Below are positions 1-22,906 of a stretch of DNA of 64,000 nt, in pieces. The notes beneath the pieces were generated by a model. The model was not told the DNA's origin and ran no database searches. It saw only the letters and a program-made list of their open reading frames with translations. A program made the position numbers and the translations under genes. Source of the DNA: Heteronotia binoei (Eukaryota); the NCBI RefSeq assembly GCF_032191835.1, contig NC_083237.1, positions 5,952,001 to 6,016,000 on the forward strand. Reading direction: 5' to 3'. Position 1 is the stretch's first letter, and every line of letters starts with the position of its first letter.

Positions 1-97
1 CGTCCAGGCAGATGTAGCGCACCTGGGGCACGCCCTCCAGGATCTGCTCCAGCAGCTCAAAGTCGGAGGCCCCGGTGCCCGAACTGGCTGCCACGTT
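1..97 (-). CDS. GMPR2: GMPR2 coding exon 4 (truncated by the window edge)
   Basis: CAG acceptor at 100-98, [32 protein letters not shown]. Confidence 0.93.
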
Positions 98-3000
98 CTG
101 GGAAGAGTCACGGGACAGAGAGCTGAGAACCAGCAAATGGGACGATCAGGAGAAAAGCAAGGTAGGGCAGTGAGGTCTGACTCAAGAAATATCTGGACTT
201 TGGGGTGGAGCCAGGAGACTTTGGGGGTGGAGCCAGAGGCAAGGATGAGCACAACTGAACTCCAAAGGAAGTTCTGGCCATCGCATTTAAAGGGACCGTG
301 CTCCTGGTGGCAAGCTAGTTTGGTGTGGTGGTTAAGTGTGCGGACTCTTATCTGGGAGAACCGGGTTTGATTCCCCACTTCTTCACTTGCAGCTGCTGGA
401 ATGGCCTTGGGTCAGCCAGAGCTCTCTTATCTGGGAGAACCGGGTTTGATTCCCCACTCCTCCACTTGCACCTGCTGGAATGGCCTTGGGTCAGCCATAG
501 ATCTGGCAGAGGTTGTCCTTGAAAGGGCAGCTGCTGTGAGAGCCCTCTCAGCCCCACCCACCTCACAGGGTGTCTGTTGTGGGGGAGGAAGGGAAAGGAG
601 ATTGTGAGCCTCTCTGAGACTCTTCGGAGTGGAGGGTGGGATATAAATCCAATATCTTCTTATTCTTCTTCCTTTCACATGCCTTCCTTCCATTTGGAAA
701 TCATGAAGGATAGAGCCACCATAATCGGGGGCTTATAGAATTGGACCCCCTGGTCCAATCTTTTTGAAATTTTTGGACGTTTTGAGAAGAACTGGATTCT
801 CCACTGTACCATACAGGAATCGATCTTCATAGGGTATAACGGAGTGCCTAGCAGATATTTCCCCTCCTTTCCATTTTTCTGATGACCCTGAAGCGGGGTG
901 GAGAGCCTCCAAACCGGGAGATCCCCTGCCCCCACCTGGGAATTGGCAACCCTAAGCTAAGGCTGCCACTCTGGACCAAAAGGGGAGCCGTGTCGACTCT
1001 CTCTCACCTGAAGGCACTCTGGATTCTGGGCTGCAAACTCCTTCCACTCCTCCAGGCTGTAGTGTTTGTGGATGGCTGTGAAAAGAGAGAACTGGGGGGG
1101 AAGACGGGAAAAGATCAGGAAGGGGAGACAGGGACCGGGAAATGCAAATCTGGTCTTACACCAACTCCTCCCCCATTAGCAGGAGGGGAGGGGAGGGGCC
1201 GTGGCTCAGTGGCAGAGCATCTGACTGGCACGCAGAAGGTCCCAGGTTCAGTCCTCGACATCTCCAGTTAAAAGGACCAGGCAGGAGGTGATGGGAAAGA
1301 CCCCTGCCTGAGACCCTGGAGACTAAAGGAGAAGGGCTGTGGCTCAGTGGCAGAGCCTCTGCTTGGCATGCAAGAAAGTCCCAGGTTCAGTCCCCAGCAT
1401 CTCTAGCTAAAGGATCAGGCAGGAGGTGATGGGAAAGACCTCTGCCTGAGACTAAATGAGAAAGGCCGTGGCTCAGTGGCAGAGCATCTGACTGGCATGC
1501 AGACGGTCCCAGGTTCAATCCCCGACATCTCCAGTTAAAAAGACCAGGCAGTGGGTGACGTCAAAGACCTCTACCTGAGACCCTGGAGAGATGCTGCCGG
1601 TTTGAGTAGACAACACTGACTCTGACGGAACACAGGTCTTTTTCAGTATAGGCAGGGCCTTTTTTGTAGCAGGAACTTCTTTGCCTATTAGGCCCCACAC
1701 CCCTGATGTAGCCAATCCTCCAAGAGCTTGGAATTCTAGCAGGAGCTCCTTTGCATATTAGGCCTCGCCCCCCTGATGTAGCCAATCCTCCAAGAGCTTG
1801 GAATTCTAGCAGGAGCTCCTTTGCATATTAGGCCTCGCCCCCCCTGATGTAGCCAATCCTCCAAGAGCTTGGAATTCTAGCAGGAGCTCCTTTGCATATT
1901 AGGCCACACACCCCCTGATGTAGCCAATCCTCCAAGAGCTTGGAATTCTAGCAGGAGCTCCTTTGCATATTAGGCCACACACCCCCTGATGTAGCCAATC
2001 CTCCAAGAGCTTGGAATTCTAGCAGGAGCTCCTTTGCATATTAGGCCACACACCCCCTGATGTAGCCAATCCTCCAAGAGCTTGGAATTCTAGCAGGGCC
2101 TCCTTGGCATATTAGGCCACACACCCCTGGTGTAGTCAATCCTCCAAGAGCTTGGAATCCTATCAGGAGCTCCTTTGCACATTAGGCCACACACCCCTGA
2201 TGTAGCCAATCCTCCAAGAGCTTGGAATTCTAGCAGGGGCTCCTTTGCCTATTAGGCCACACACCCCTGATGTAGCCAATCCTCCAAGAGCTTGGAATTC
2301 TAGCAGGGGCTCCTTTGCATATTAGGCCACACACCCCCTGATGTAGCCAATCCTCCAAGAGCTTGGAATTCTAGCAGGAACTCCTTTGCATATTAGGCCA
2401 CACACCCCTTATGTAGCCAATCCTCCAAGAGCTCGGAATTCTAGCAGGGGCTCCTTTGCATATTAGGCCACACACCCCTGATGTAGCCAATCCTCCAAGA
2501 GCTTGGAATTCTAGCAGGGGCTCCTTTGCATATTAGGCCACACACCCCTTATGTAGCCAATCCTCCAAGAGCTCGGAATTCTAGCAGGAGCTCCTTTGCA
2601 TATTAGGCCACACACCCCTGATGTAGCCAATCCTCCAAGAGCTTGGAATTCTAGCAGGGGCTCCTTTGCATATTAGGCCACACACCCCTTATGTAGCCAA
2701 TCCTCCAAGAGCTTGGAATTCTAGCAGGAACTCCTTTGCATATTAGGCCACACACCCCTGATGTAGCCAATCCTCCAAGAGCTTGGAATTCTAGCAGGGG
2801 CTCCTTTGCATATTAGGCCACACACCCCTGATGTAGCCAATCCTCCAAGAGCTTGGAATTCTAGCAGGAACTCCTTTGCATATTAGGCCACACACCCCTT
2901 ATGTAGCCAATCCTCCAAGAGCTCGGAATTCTAGCAGGGGCTCCTTTGCATATTAGGCCACACACCCCTGATGTAGCCAATCCTCCAAGAGCTTGGAATT

Positions 3001-4437
3001 CTAGCAGGGGCTCCTTTGCATATTAGGCCACACACCCCTGATGTAGCCAATCCTCCAAGAGCTTGGAATTCTAGCAGGAGCTCCTTTGCATATTAGGCCA
3101 CACACCCCTGATGTAGCCAATCCTCCAAGAGCTTGGAATTCTAGCAGGAGCTCCTTTGCATATTAGGCCACACACCCCTGATGTAGCCAATCCTCCAAGA
3201 GCTTGGAATTCTAGCAGGAGCTCCTTTGCATATTAGGCCACACACCCCTGATGTAGCCAATCCTCCAAGAGCTTACAGCAGGCCTTGTTAGAAGAGCTTA
3301 CAGCAGGCTTGACTTCACATCAGGGGTGTGTGGCCTAACGTGCAAAGGGGTTCCTGCTCCCCCCCAAAAAAAGCCCCCAGTATAAGGCTTCTGCATGTGT
3401 TCGTGAGAGGCGCCGGGAGAAGGAAATGCAGGCAAGAAGCAAAGCGGCCAGCTGCGACTGGTCCAGAGCAGTTCACGAGCTGATGGGACCGGCAAGCCGC
3501 CCTTGGGGTCATCAAGCGTCGCCAACGACAACCGTACCTTGCAGAGCATCTTGGCCATCTCAAAGGTGCCCACGGTGTCCATGTTGGCGGCGATGATGGG
3601 GATCCCGGTGTACGTCTGCTTGGAATTCCGGAACACGAAAGACCTCAGGAGATCCACCTAGAAAGCAGGACGGCAGCTTAAGACGCGGCCGGCAGAGGGC
3701 GCAGGGCCACTCCTCCCGTCTTTTCGGGACCCGCCGAGACTGGCGTCCCCCCCTCGGCAGCAGAAGCCAGATCGCTGGGAAGCCGTTCCTCCTGCACGTG
3801 GGTGGCCCCGTTGTAGACCCGTGATCCTCGCCTGGGAAGAAGTGGCCTGGAGCCCAATTCTGGAGTACATGCAGTACTTGCTCAGGATCTGCAAAAAAAT
3901 TCCCCCCCTGCGATGCTGCAGGGCAGGGCACTGGCCTATGGGCCTCCCCACACCTTTAGGGGCCCCGGGCTGGCTTCCACCACACACACACAGTTTCCCC
4001 CCTGCTTGCAGCCCTCGGAGCCCGCGCGCACAGCCAGCAACTGAGCTGCTCTTTGCTCGACACGCCCGGTACGACTGCTACCGGCGTCGTCGCCAAGTTT
4101 GCCTCTCTCTGCCTCTCCCCCGCAGCTTTGCCAAAGGGGCTTTTGAGAAGGGGCCTGCAGGCTGCCGCGGGGGCAGTGGGCCAGGCCCTCCAACTCGGAG
4201 ATAATTTGTGAGGGGCCCCGCCAAGATTTTGACTGCCTAGGGGCCTCCGCAGGGCTTAATCCGGCACTGCTGTAGGCTTCGTTCTCTGGCCCAGCATCTC
4301 TCAGGTACCTTTTTCCAACCTGCAGGGCGAGGCCAAACGTCGCTGCTCACCTCACTGCGGGACTTGAGGGTGCTCCGTTTGGGCCTCAGGAGGACATCTT
4401 TGAAGTCCAACTTGATGTCCGTGTCGATGTGTGGCAT
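1..4437 (-). CDS. GMPR2: GMP reductase 2, 5' part (continues beyond the left edge). Coding exons 4437-4351, 3657-3538, 1091-1008, 97-<1
   Basis: Spliced translation [29 protein letters not shown]|[40 protein letters not shown]|[28 protein letters not shown]|[32 protein letters not shown] is GMP reductase. All junctions are GT-AG and phase 0. Head-to-head position with NEDD8 favours GMPR2 over GMPR. Confidence 0.96.
1008..1091 (-). CDS. GMPR2: GMPR2 coding exon 3 (84 nt; not in the ORF track)
   Basis: CAG acceptor, [28 protein letters not shown], donor GTGAGA. Confidence 0.95.
1196..1650 (+). mobile_element. Trimeric tRNA(Ala-like)-derived SINE: two head-only units plus one full unit
   Basis: Three GTGGCTCAGTGGCAGAGC...GGTTCAATCCCC A/B-box heads spaced about 128-138 bp apart. 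Confidence 0.8.
1653..3378. repeat. hAT-type palindromic MITE expanded internally into a 70-bp x about 23 tandem array (GMPR2 intron)
   Basis: Ends CAGGGCCTTTTTTGTAG and AAAAAAAGCCC; flanking 8-mers AGTATAGG/AGTATAAG; GAATTC recurs every 70-71 bp from 1731 to 3206. Confidence 0.9.
3538..3657 (-). CDS. GMPR2: GMPR2 coding exon 2 (120 nt)
   Basis: TAG acceptor, VDLL...[18 protein letters not shown], donor GTACGG. Confidence 0.95.
4351..4437 (-). CDS. GMPR2: GMPR2 first coding exon (87 nt CDS; acceptor at about 4447)
   Basis: ATG at 4437, [29 protein letters not shown], donor GTGAGC at 4350, upstream T-tract and CAG acceptor. Confidence 0.95.
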
Positions 4438-4492
4438 TTTGGACCTCTGCACCAAGAAAAAAAAAAGCTATGGGATCCCATCAGCAAGCCTC

Positions 4493-5330
4493 TACGGAAG
4501 ATGAAGTGGTGAAATCTCAAATGATTAAGTGGGCAATTAATGTAAATAAAGAAATACAGATGGACACATGGGAATATTTGTGGAAGAACTCTATGAAACT
4601 CTCAACATGTCAGAGTATTAAAGAGAACTGTTTTAAGATGATGTACAGATGGTATCTGACTCCTAAAAAGTTGGCAAAGATGAACAATAAGATGCCAGAC
4701 AGATGTTGGAAATGTTAAAAAACATGAAGGTTCTTTCTACCATATGTGGTGGACTTGAAAGAGCGAAAAAGTACTGGCAGGTGATTCAACAAGAGATTTC
4801 TAAGATCTTGGGATACGAATTTAACAAAGTTGCGGAGACTTTTCTGTTGGGATTACAAATGGAAAAATTTCCAAAAGAAGATAGAACTTTAATTTGGTAC
4901 TTGCTCTCAGCTGCTAGGACATTGGATGCGCAGTTGTGGAAGCAAGAAAAAATACCAGAGAAATGGGATTGGATTGTAAAAGTTATGACATGGAGTGAAA
5001 CGGACAAGTTAGCAAGGACCTGAAGAGACTATGATTTAGAAGTATTTAAGATGGAGTGGAAAAAGTTCAGGAGATACGTAGAAAAAAGAGCGGAAAATAA
5101 AAGGACATTGGACAATTTTTGATAATGACAAAGTACAAGAGGGAGGAGGATATTAATTTTGGTTCTTATTAAATTAAGGGTACCTTTAATATTAAGATTT
5201 TAAGTATATAACACCGGGGGGGGGTCAAGTAATATATGGGATAGATTTTTAAAAAGTAATTATTAATGAAGAAACTGAAATTTATTCCCATATGTTCCAA
5301 TAAAATTGTTTGAGATCACAACAAAAAAAA
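4493..5330 (+). mobile_element. 5'-truncated L1-like LINE (ORF2 C-terminal cysteine-rich region, frameshifted)
   Basis: YRWYLTPKKL...RCWKC...HMWW motif; AATAAA at 5299 and A-tail; exact 15-bp TSD CCATCAGCAAGCCTC at 4478-4492 and 5331-5345. Confidence 0.9.
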
Positions 5331-6181
5331 CCATCAGCAAGCCTCCAGAAACCCTGTGTGGTTTCAGTAAGAGCTGAAAGCTTGGAGGGGCAGATTAAAA
5401 GTTTCAGTGGAACAGTCCACGAGAGCCACTGTTAACCACTGCATCAGTGAGAGTGAATTAAGGGCACACTTGTGTTTTTATTTGTGGCATGTTGATCTAA
5501 CAGAGAAGCAGAAGAACAAAGCAGGAGTCCAGTAGCACCTTTAAGGCCAACAAAGTTTTATTCAGAATGTAAGCTTTCGTAGGCAAGCATACTTCTTCAG
5601 ACATACGAACATATGCAGCTGCCTTATACTGAATCAGACCCTCAGTCCATCAAAGTCAGACTGGCAGCGGCTCTCCAGGGTCTCAGAGCTGAGGTTTTTC
5701 ACACCTACTTGCCTTTTAGTGGGAGATGCCGGGGATTGAACCTGGGACCTTACGCTTCCCAAGCAGATGCTCTACAACTGAGCCACCGTCCCTCCCATGG
5801 AATAACAATGGAATGACGTACAGTGAGCAGAGCGACATACAGCTGGCGGGCAGTGGTTAAGAATGCAAAGTAGTACAAAGTTAGAATCCAATAGCGAGAT
5901 AGTGAAATTAGCACACTGAAAAGAGCATTCGGTCTGGATAGCGCTTGCGTGGGAAGCCAAAAGGAAAAGTAGAAGAAAATATTTCCCTGTGGTTTTTTCC
6001 CCCTTAGGTTTTAAATGCTTACCTTACCCAAATGGTGTAACTTCTGGGAACTGGGGCTTGCTAGCAGTTTTTCATGGCACCTGTTTTTGGCTCGGGCGTG
6101 GCTCCTGCCTTGAAAGGAAGATACTGCTCACGTCTTAACTCTGCCCTTCAAGCCTCTCGTCAGGTCCTTGAACCTCTACGA

Positions 6182-6321
6182 CAGGGGTGGCCAACGGTGG
6201 CTCTCCAGATGTTCTTTTTGCCTACAACTCCCATCAGCCCCAGCCATTGGCCATGCTGGCTGGGGCTGATGGGAGTTGTAGGCAAAAAGAACATCTGGAG
6301 AGCCACCGTTGGCCACTCCTG
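6182..6321. mobile_element. 140-bp hairpin hAT MITE
   Basis: Near-perfect palindrome CAGGGGTGGCCAAC...GTTGGCCACTCCTG; 8-bp TSD CTCTACGA/CTCTATGA. Confidence 0.85.
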
Positions 6322-6525
6322 CTCTATGACCATTTTCTTCCGTACCTTCTCAGTCTTCCACCTGCATCTGTTCACTACCCTGCCCTTCGATACCCGGCTG
6401 CAGATCTGAGACCCAAGATTGCTTTCAGCATCTCCGCCATCTTTAGGCTTATGCTAAACTCAAGATCCTCTGAGCAAGAACACAGCTGGAATTGCCAGGA
6501 TTCTGCCCCAGCTCTGCTCCATTGT

Positions 6526-7095
6526 AGAATGTTAGAGTTGGAAGGGACCTCCAGGGTCATCCAGTCCAACCCCCTCGACAGTGCAGGAAATTCACAAATA
6601 TCGGCCCTACACACACAGAGAGAGAATGTTAGAGTTGGAAGGGACCTCCAGGGTCATCCAGTCCAACCCCCTCGACAGTGCAGGAAATTCACAAATATCG
6701 GCCTTACACACACACACACAGAATGATAGAGTTGGAAGGGACCTTCAGGGTCATCCAGTCCAACCCCCTCGACAGTGCAGGAAATTTACAAATATCGGCC
6801 CCACACACACAGAGAATGATAGAGTTGGAAGGGACCTCCAGGGTCATCCAGTCCAACCCCCTCGACAGTGCAGGAAATTCACAAATATCGGCCCCACACA
6901 CACAGAGAGAGAATGTTAGAGTTGGAAGGGACCTCCAGGGTCATCCAGTCCAACCCCCTCGACAGTGCAGGAAATTCACAAATATCGGCCCCACACACAC
7001 ACAATGATAGAGTTGGAAGGGACCTCCAGGGTCATCCAGTCCAACCCCCTCGACAGTGCAGGAAATTCACAAATATCGGCCCCCACACACACACA
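6526..7095 (-). repeat. Six tandem units (about 95 bp) derived from a CR1 3' terminus
   Basis: AGAATG(T/A)TAGAGTTGGAAGGGACCTCCAGGGTCATCCAGTCCAACCCC repeated with variable (CA)n/(GA)n spacers; the same motif ends the CR1 copies at 17637 and 23928. Confidence 0.85.
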
Positions 7096-8297
7096 GTGAT
7101 CTCTGCTCCATACCCAGAAGATGGCAAAAAGCAAAACAATAAAAAAACACCACCACCCTCCAGGATCCCTGGCAAAACTGGCCTGGAGAAAAACTGTTTC
7201 CTGGCCCTGTGCTTGTAAGAAAGGGCCGGGAGAACTCTGCCCTCCCTCTCATGATCTGCCTCTTTAAAAACTTCCAAAGAGGGAGTGCCCACCACCACCA
7301 TATCCTTCTAAGGCTCATTCCCACACCCAATTCCACTGCAAGCAATGCCCACCAATTTCTCAGTCTGGTTTCTGAACGAGCATGCTTGGGGAGGGACGGT
7401 GGCTCAGTGGTAAGAGCACCTGCTTGGTAAGCAGAAGGTCCAGGTTCAATCCCCAGCATCTCCAACTGAAAAGGGTCCAGGCATGTAGGCATAAAAAACC
7501 TCAGCTTGAGACCCTGGAGAGCTGCCGGCAGTCTAAATAGACAATACTGACTTTGATGGACCAAAGAGGGTCTGATTCAGTAGAAGGCAGCTTCCTACGT
7601 TCATGTTGAAGCTGTCTCTCTCGAAATCAACTGAACGTTTGCCTTCAACACAGACAAAGGCATTAACTGCAGTTGTAGCACATAAGAGAAAGCGGACTAG
7701 ATTAGACCAGACACTCATCTAGTCCAGCATCCTGTTTTCCACAATGGTCAATTGGATGTTTCTGGGAAGTTTACAAGCTAGGGGGGGGGGGGGCAGATAG
7801 AGACTGAGGAGGAGGTCTCCTGCTGGCTGCCCCCCACCCCCCCTCCAGCAACTGATTTTGAGAACAGCTCAAGTTGAGTCCTGGAGAACCTTAGAGACCA
7901 ACCAGAGTTTGGAGAGAGATGAACTTTTGCGAGTCAGAGCCCCCTTCGTCAGATCCAAGTAGGAATGAAGATCCCCGAGTCTGTACATCAAAAGCGCATT
8001 TCCCCAAAATCCTATTGGTCATCCAAGTAGGAATGCTTCTGGACTCAATTCTAGCGGTTCTACTGAAGACCCAACACGGCTACCTTCTGAAATGATCTTC
8101 ACGGTTCTGAGATGTGCCCCCAGAAGCTTGTTTGCTGCTATACCTAACAACCGTTTGTAGATCTAACGCTGAATTTGTCTCACACCCTTTAAAAGCCATC
8201 TGAGTGCATGGCTGTCACCAGATCTTGTGATTACAGCGTGTGAAGAAATGTTGCCTTTTGTCCATTTTGAGTGCTGGCGATTATTCTCCTTCTAGAA

Positions 8298-8577
8298 CAG
8301 GAGTGGCCAAACTTTGGCCCGGGAGCTCTTTCACACATATTGTGCGGCTCTCAAAGCCAGCCCACCCACCCCACTGCCCTGTCAGCCAGCTTGGGAGAAG
8401 GTATTTGTCTCTTTAAATCACTTTGCTAAGCCGAGCCAACCAGCAGCTTGGAGAATGCATTTAAAGCTGCTCTCTTTCCACCTCCATCTCCCCCAGCTAT
8501 TTTCCCCCCTTCCGGCTCTCAAACATCTGATGTTTATTGTGTGCGGCTCTCACATTAAGTTAGTTTGGCCACGCCTG
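8298..8577. mobile_element. hAT MITE
   Basis: TIRs CAGGAGTGGCCAAAC / GTTTGGCCACGCCTG; exact 8-bp TSD TTCTAGAA. Relatives at about 20701-20915, 49788-50208 and 59210-59420. Confidence 0.85.
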
Positions 8578-9351
8578 TTCTAGAATGATGGATGAACGAG
8601 AAAAGGATGTCTCCACTGTATCCACCTTAGGGGCAATTTCCAAAAATCTCGGTCTTGCCCGCCCCCACCTCCCACAATGAAAACCCCCCCAAACTCCGTC
8701 TCCCCTCCTGGCTTCTTTGGATTCCTCATGTCTACATGCTATCCTGTACGGTAAGCGGCACCTTTTGCAGAGGCGTCCTGTGCTGTTGACACCGTGGATC
8801 GCAACCCGAGGTCCGGGAGCAGCTCAACGGAAAGGAAGGGGATGGAGCTGACTTCAAGCACGTGGGGTTCAACCGGAGGGCCCTCGTTTCCGGCTTCCCT
8901 TTCCTCTGCACGTGGACTTCCGCTTGGAGGATACCCAATGTCAGAATACGAGTCTGCACTCACCCCCTTTCCACGGTCTCGGATTCTCTAGGGACACCCG
9001 TCCCTCTGTTCTTCTGGCCCCGTTCCTCTTCCAGGCGCAGTGCCGTATGGGAGATGAAGTCTTGATGTCAGTTCTCCATAGCGCTAAGGACGAGGGGAGT
9101 GACTACAAGACCCATAAGGGAGCGCGGTGCTATCTGGAGTATTGCAGGACGCGTGCGAATGACAACAAAGTAACGAGCCAATCGGGTGGGCAGAAAAAGA
9201 GAACCACAATTCCCAACAACCTTCGCGTGCCGAAAGGCTGTCGCGCTTATAGGTTTTTTGTCGCAATGCCTTGCAGTCAATGTAGTCCAGCAGCCTGTAG
9301 GTAGTGCCATGGATTATTTATATAGAATACAAACCTAGAGAGGACACTATA

Positions 9352-10199
9352 ATGGATAACACAACCAAAAATGCAAGCTAGTGACCAATTTACTAAGAAA
9401 TATGTAGAAACCAGACCAAAACATGTACATTCAAGTCCCAAAGTAGTGTGGTGACAAGCCAATCGATTAAGTACTTGTTTCTTTCCAGTCTTCATCAAGT
9501 ATAGGGTTGCCAATCCCCAGGTGGGGGCAGGGGATCTCCCAGTTTGGAGGCCCTCCCCCCGCTTCAGGGTCGCCAGAAAGCGGGGGAGGGGAGGGAAATG
9601 TCTGCTGGGAACTCTATTATTCCCTATGGAGATTTATTCCCATAGACAATCATGGAGAATTGATCTGCGGGTATCTGGGGCTCTGGGGGGGGGGGCTGTT
9701 TTTTGGGGTAGAGGCACCAAATTTTCAGTATAGCATCTAGTGCCTCTCCCCAAAATACTCCCCAAGTTTCAAAAAGATTGGACCAGGGGGTCCAATTTTA
9801 TGAGCCCCAAGGGAAGGTGCCCCTATCCTTCATTATTTCCTATGGAAGGAAGGCATTGAAAAGGTGTGCTGTCCCTTTAAATGTGACGGCCAGAACTCCC
9901 TTTGGAGTTCCATGATGCTTGTCACAGCCTTGATCTTGGCTCCACCCCCAAAGTCTCCTGGCTCCACCCCCAAAGTCTCCTGGCTCCACCCCCCAAAGTC
10001 TCCTGGCTCCACCCCCAAAGTCCGCAGATATTTCTTGAATTGGACTTGGGAACCCTAATCAAGTAACAAGTACTTAATCGGTTGGCTTGTCACCACACTA
10101 CTTTGGCACTTGAATGTACATGTTTTGGACATTTGGACTGGTTTCTATATATTTCTCAGTAAATTCGTAACGAGCTTGCATTTTTGATGGATTATTCAT
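9352..10199. mobile_element. Foldback element (arms of about 130 bp at 9352-9479 and 10065-10199) with a nested hAT element at its centre
   Basis: The arms are reverse complements (ACATGTACATTCAAG...GTGGTGACAAGCCAATCGATTAAGTACTTGTT versus AACAAGTACTTAATCGGTTGGCTTGTCACCAC...CTTGAATGTACATGT). Confidence 0.8.
9502..10057. mobile_element. Non-autonomous hAT element (TAGGGTTGCC family)
   Basis: TIRs TAGGGTTGCC / GGGAACCCTA; exact 8-bp TSD ATCAAGTA (9494-9501, 10058-10065). Confidence 0.88.
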
Positions 10200-10654
10200 A
10201 AAAACGATTCAGTAAATATGAAGAATCTCTCGAAATCTTGACACTCTTACTCGCTTAAAAAAAAAGCTTTGGAAGATTTTTTTTTTATTATTGACCATCG
10301 CCCGGCCTCAGGGGAAACCTCGCAGCATACAGTTTGAAGACCGAGAAAGACTACGACCCCCAGAGTGCACTGCGGCAGAAAGGCGTTAAAAACCGTTCCT
10401 CGGCGGGACGCCGTCAGGCAGCAAAACCTTTTTTTGTTTCGCGCGGCGGCTCGCCTGAACACGTCCCTCCGTGTTTCTCATTATCAAGGGACGGGAGTTT
10501 GGAGAGTTTTTATCAATTTTAAAAGCGGCGGGTTGGGCGTGACGCCGGAAGTGACGTCGCACAGACCGCGTCCTTGAGGGAGCCGTAGGCGCAGGCTGCG
10601 GGAATTGTTTCCGGGGTCAGGGGTGGGCGTGTAGTCGGCGAAGAGGCGATCACG

Positions 10655-22906
<12,252 letters not shown>

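Noticed and set aside
1196-1270. tRNA-like sequences (also at about 7390, 25225, 25710 and 46790)
   Set aside because: A and B boxes are present, but the acceptor and anticodon stems are degenerate and they continue into SINE bodies, so these are SINE heads and not tRNA genes.
4100-4310. Strong plus-strand acceptor (CTCTCCCCCGCAG at about 4125) and donor CAG|GTACCT, suggesting an antisense exon in GMPR2
   Set aside because: No promoter or partner exon can be supported, and part of the segment looks like a hAT end; such motifs arise by chance.
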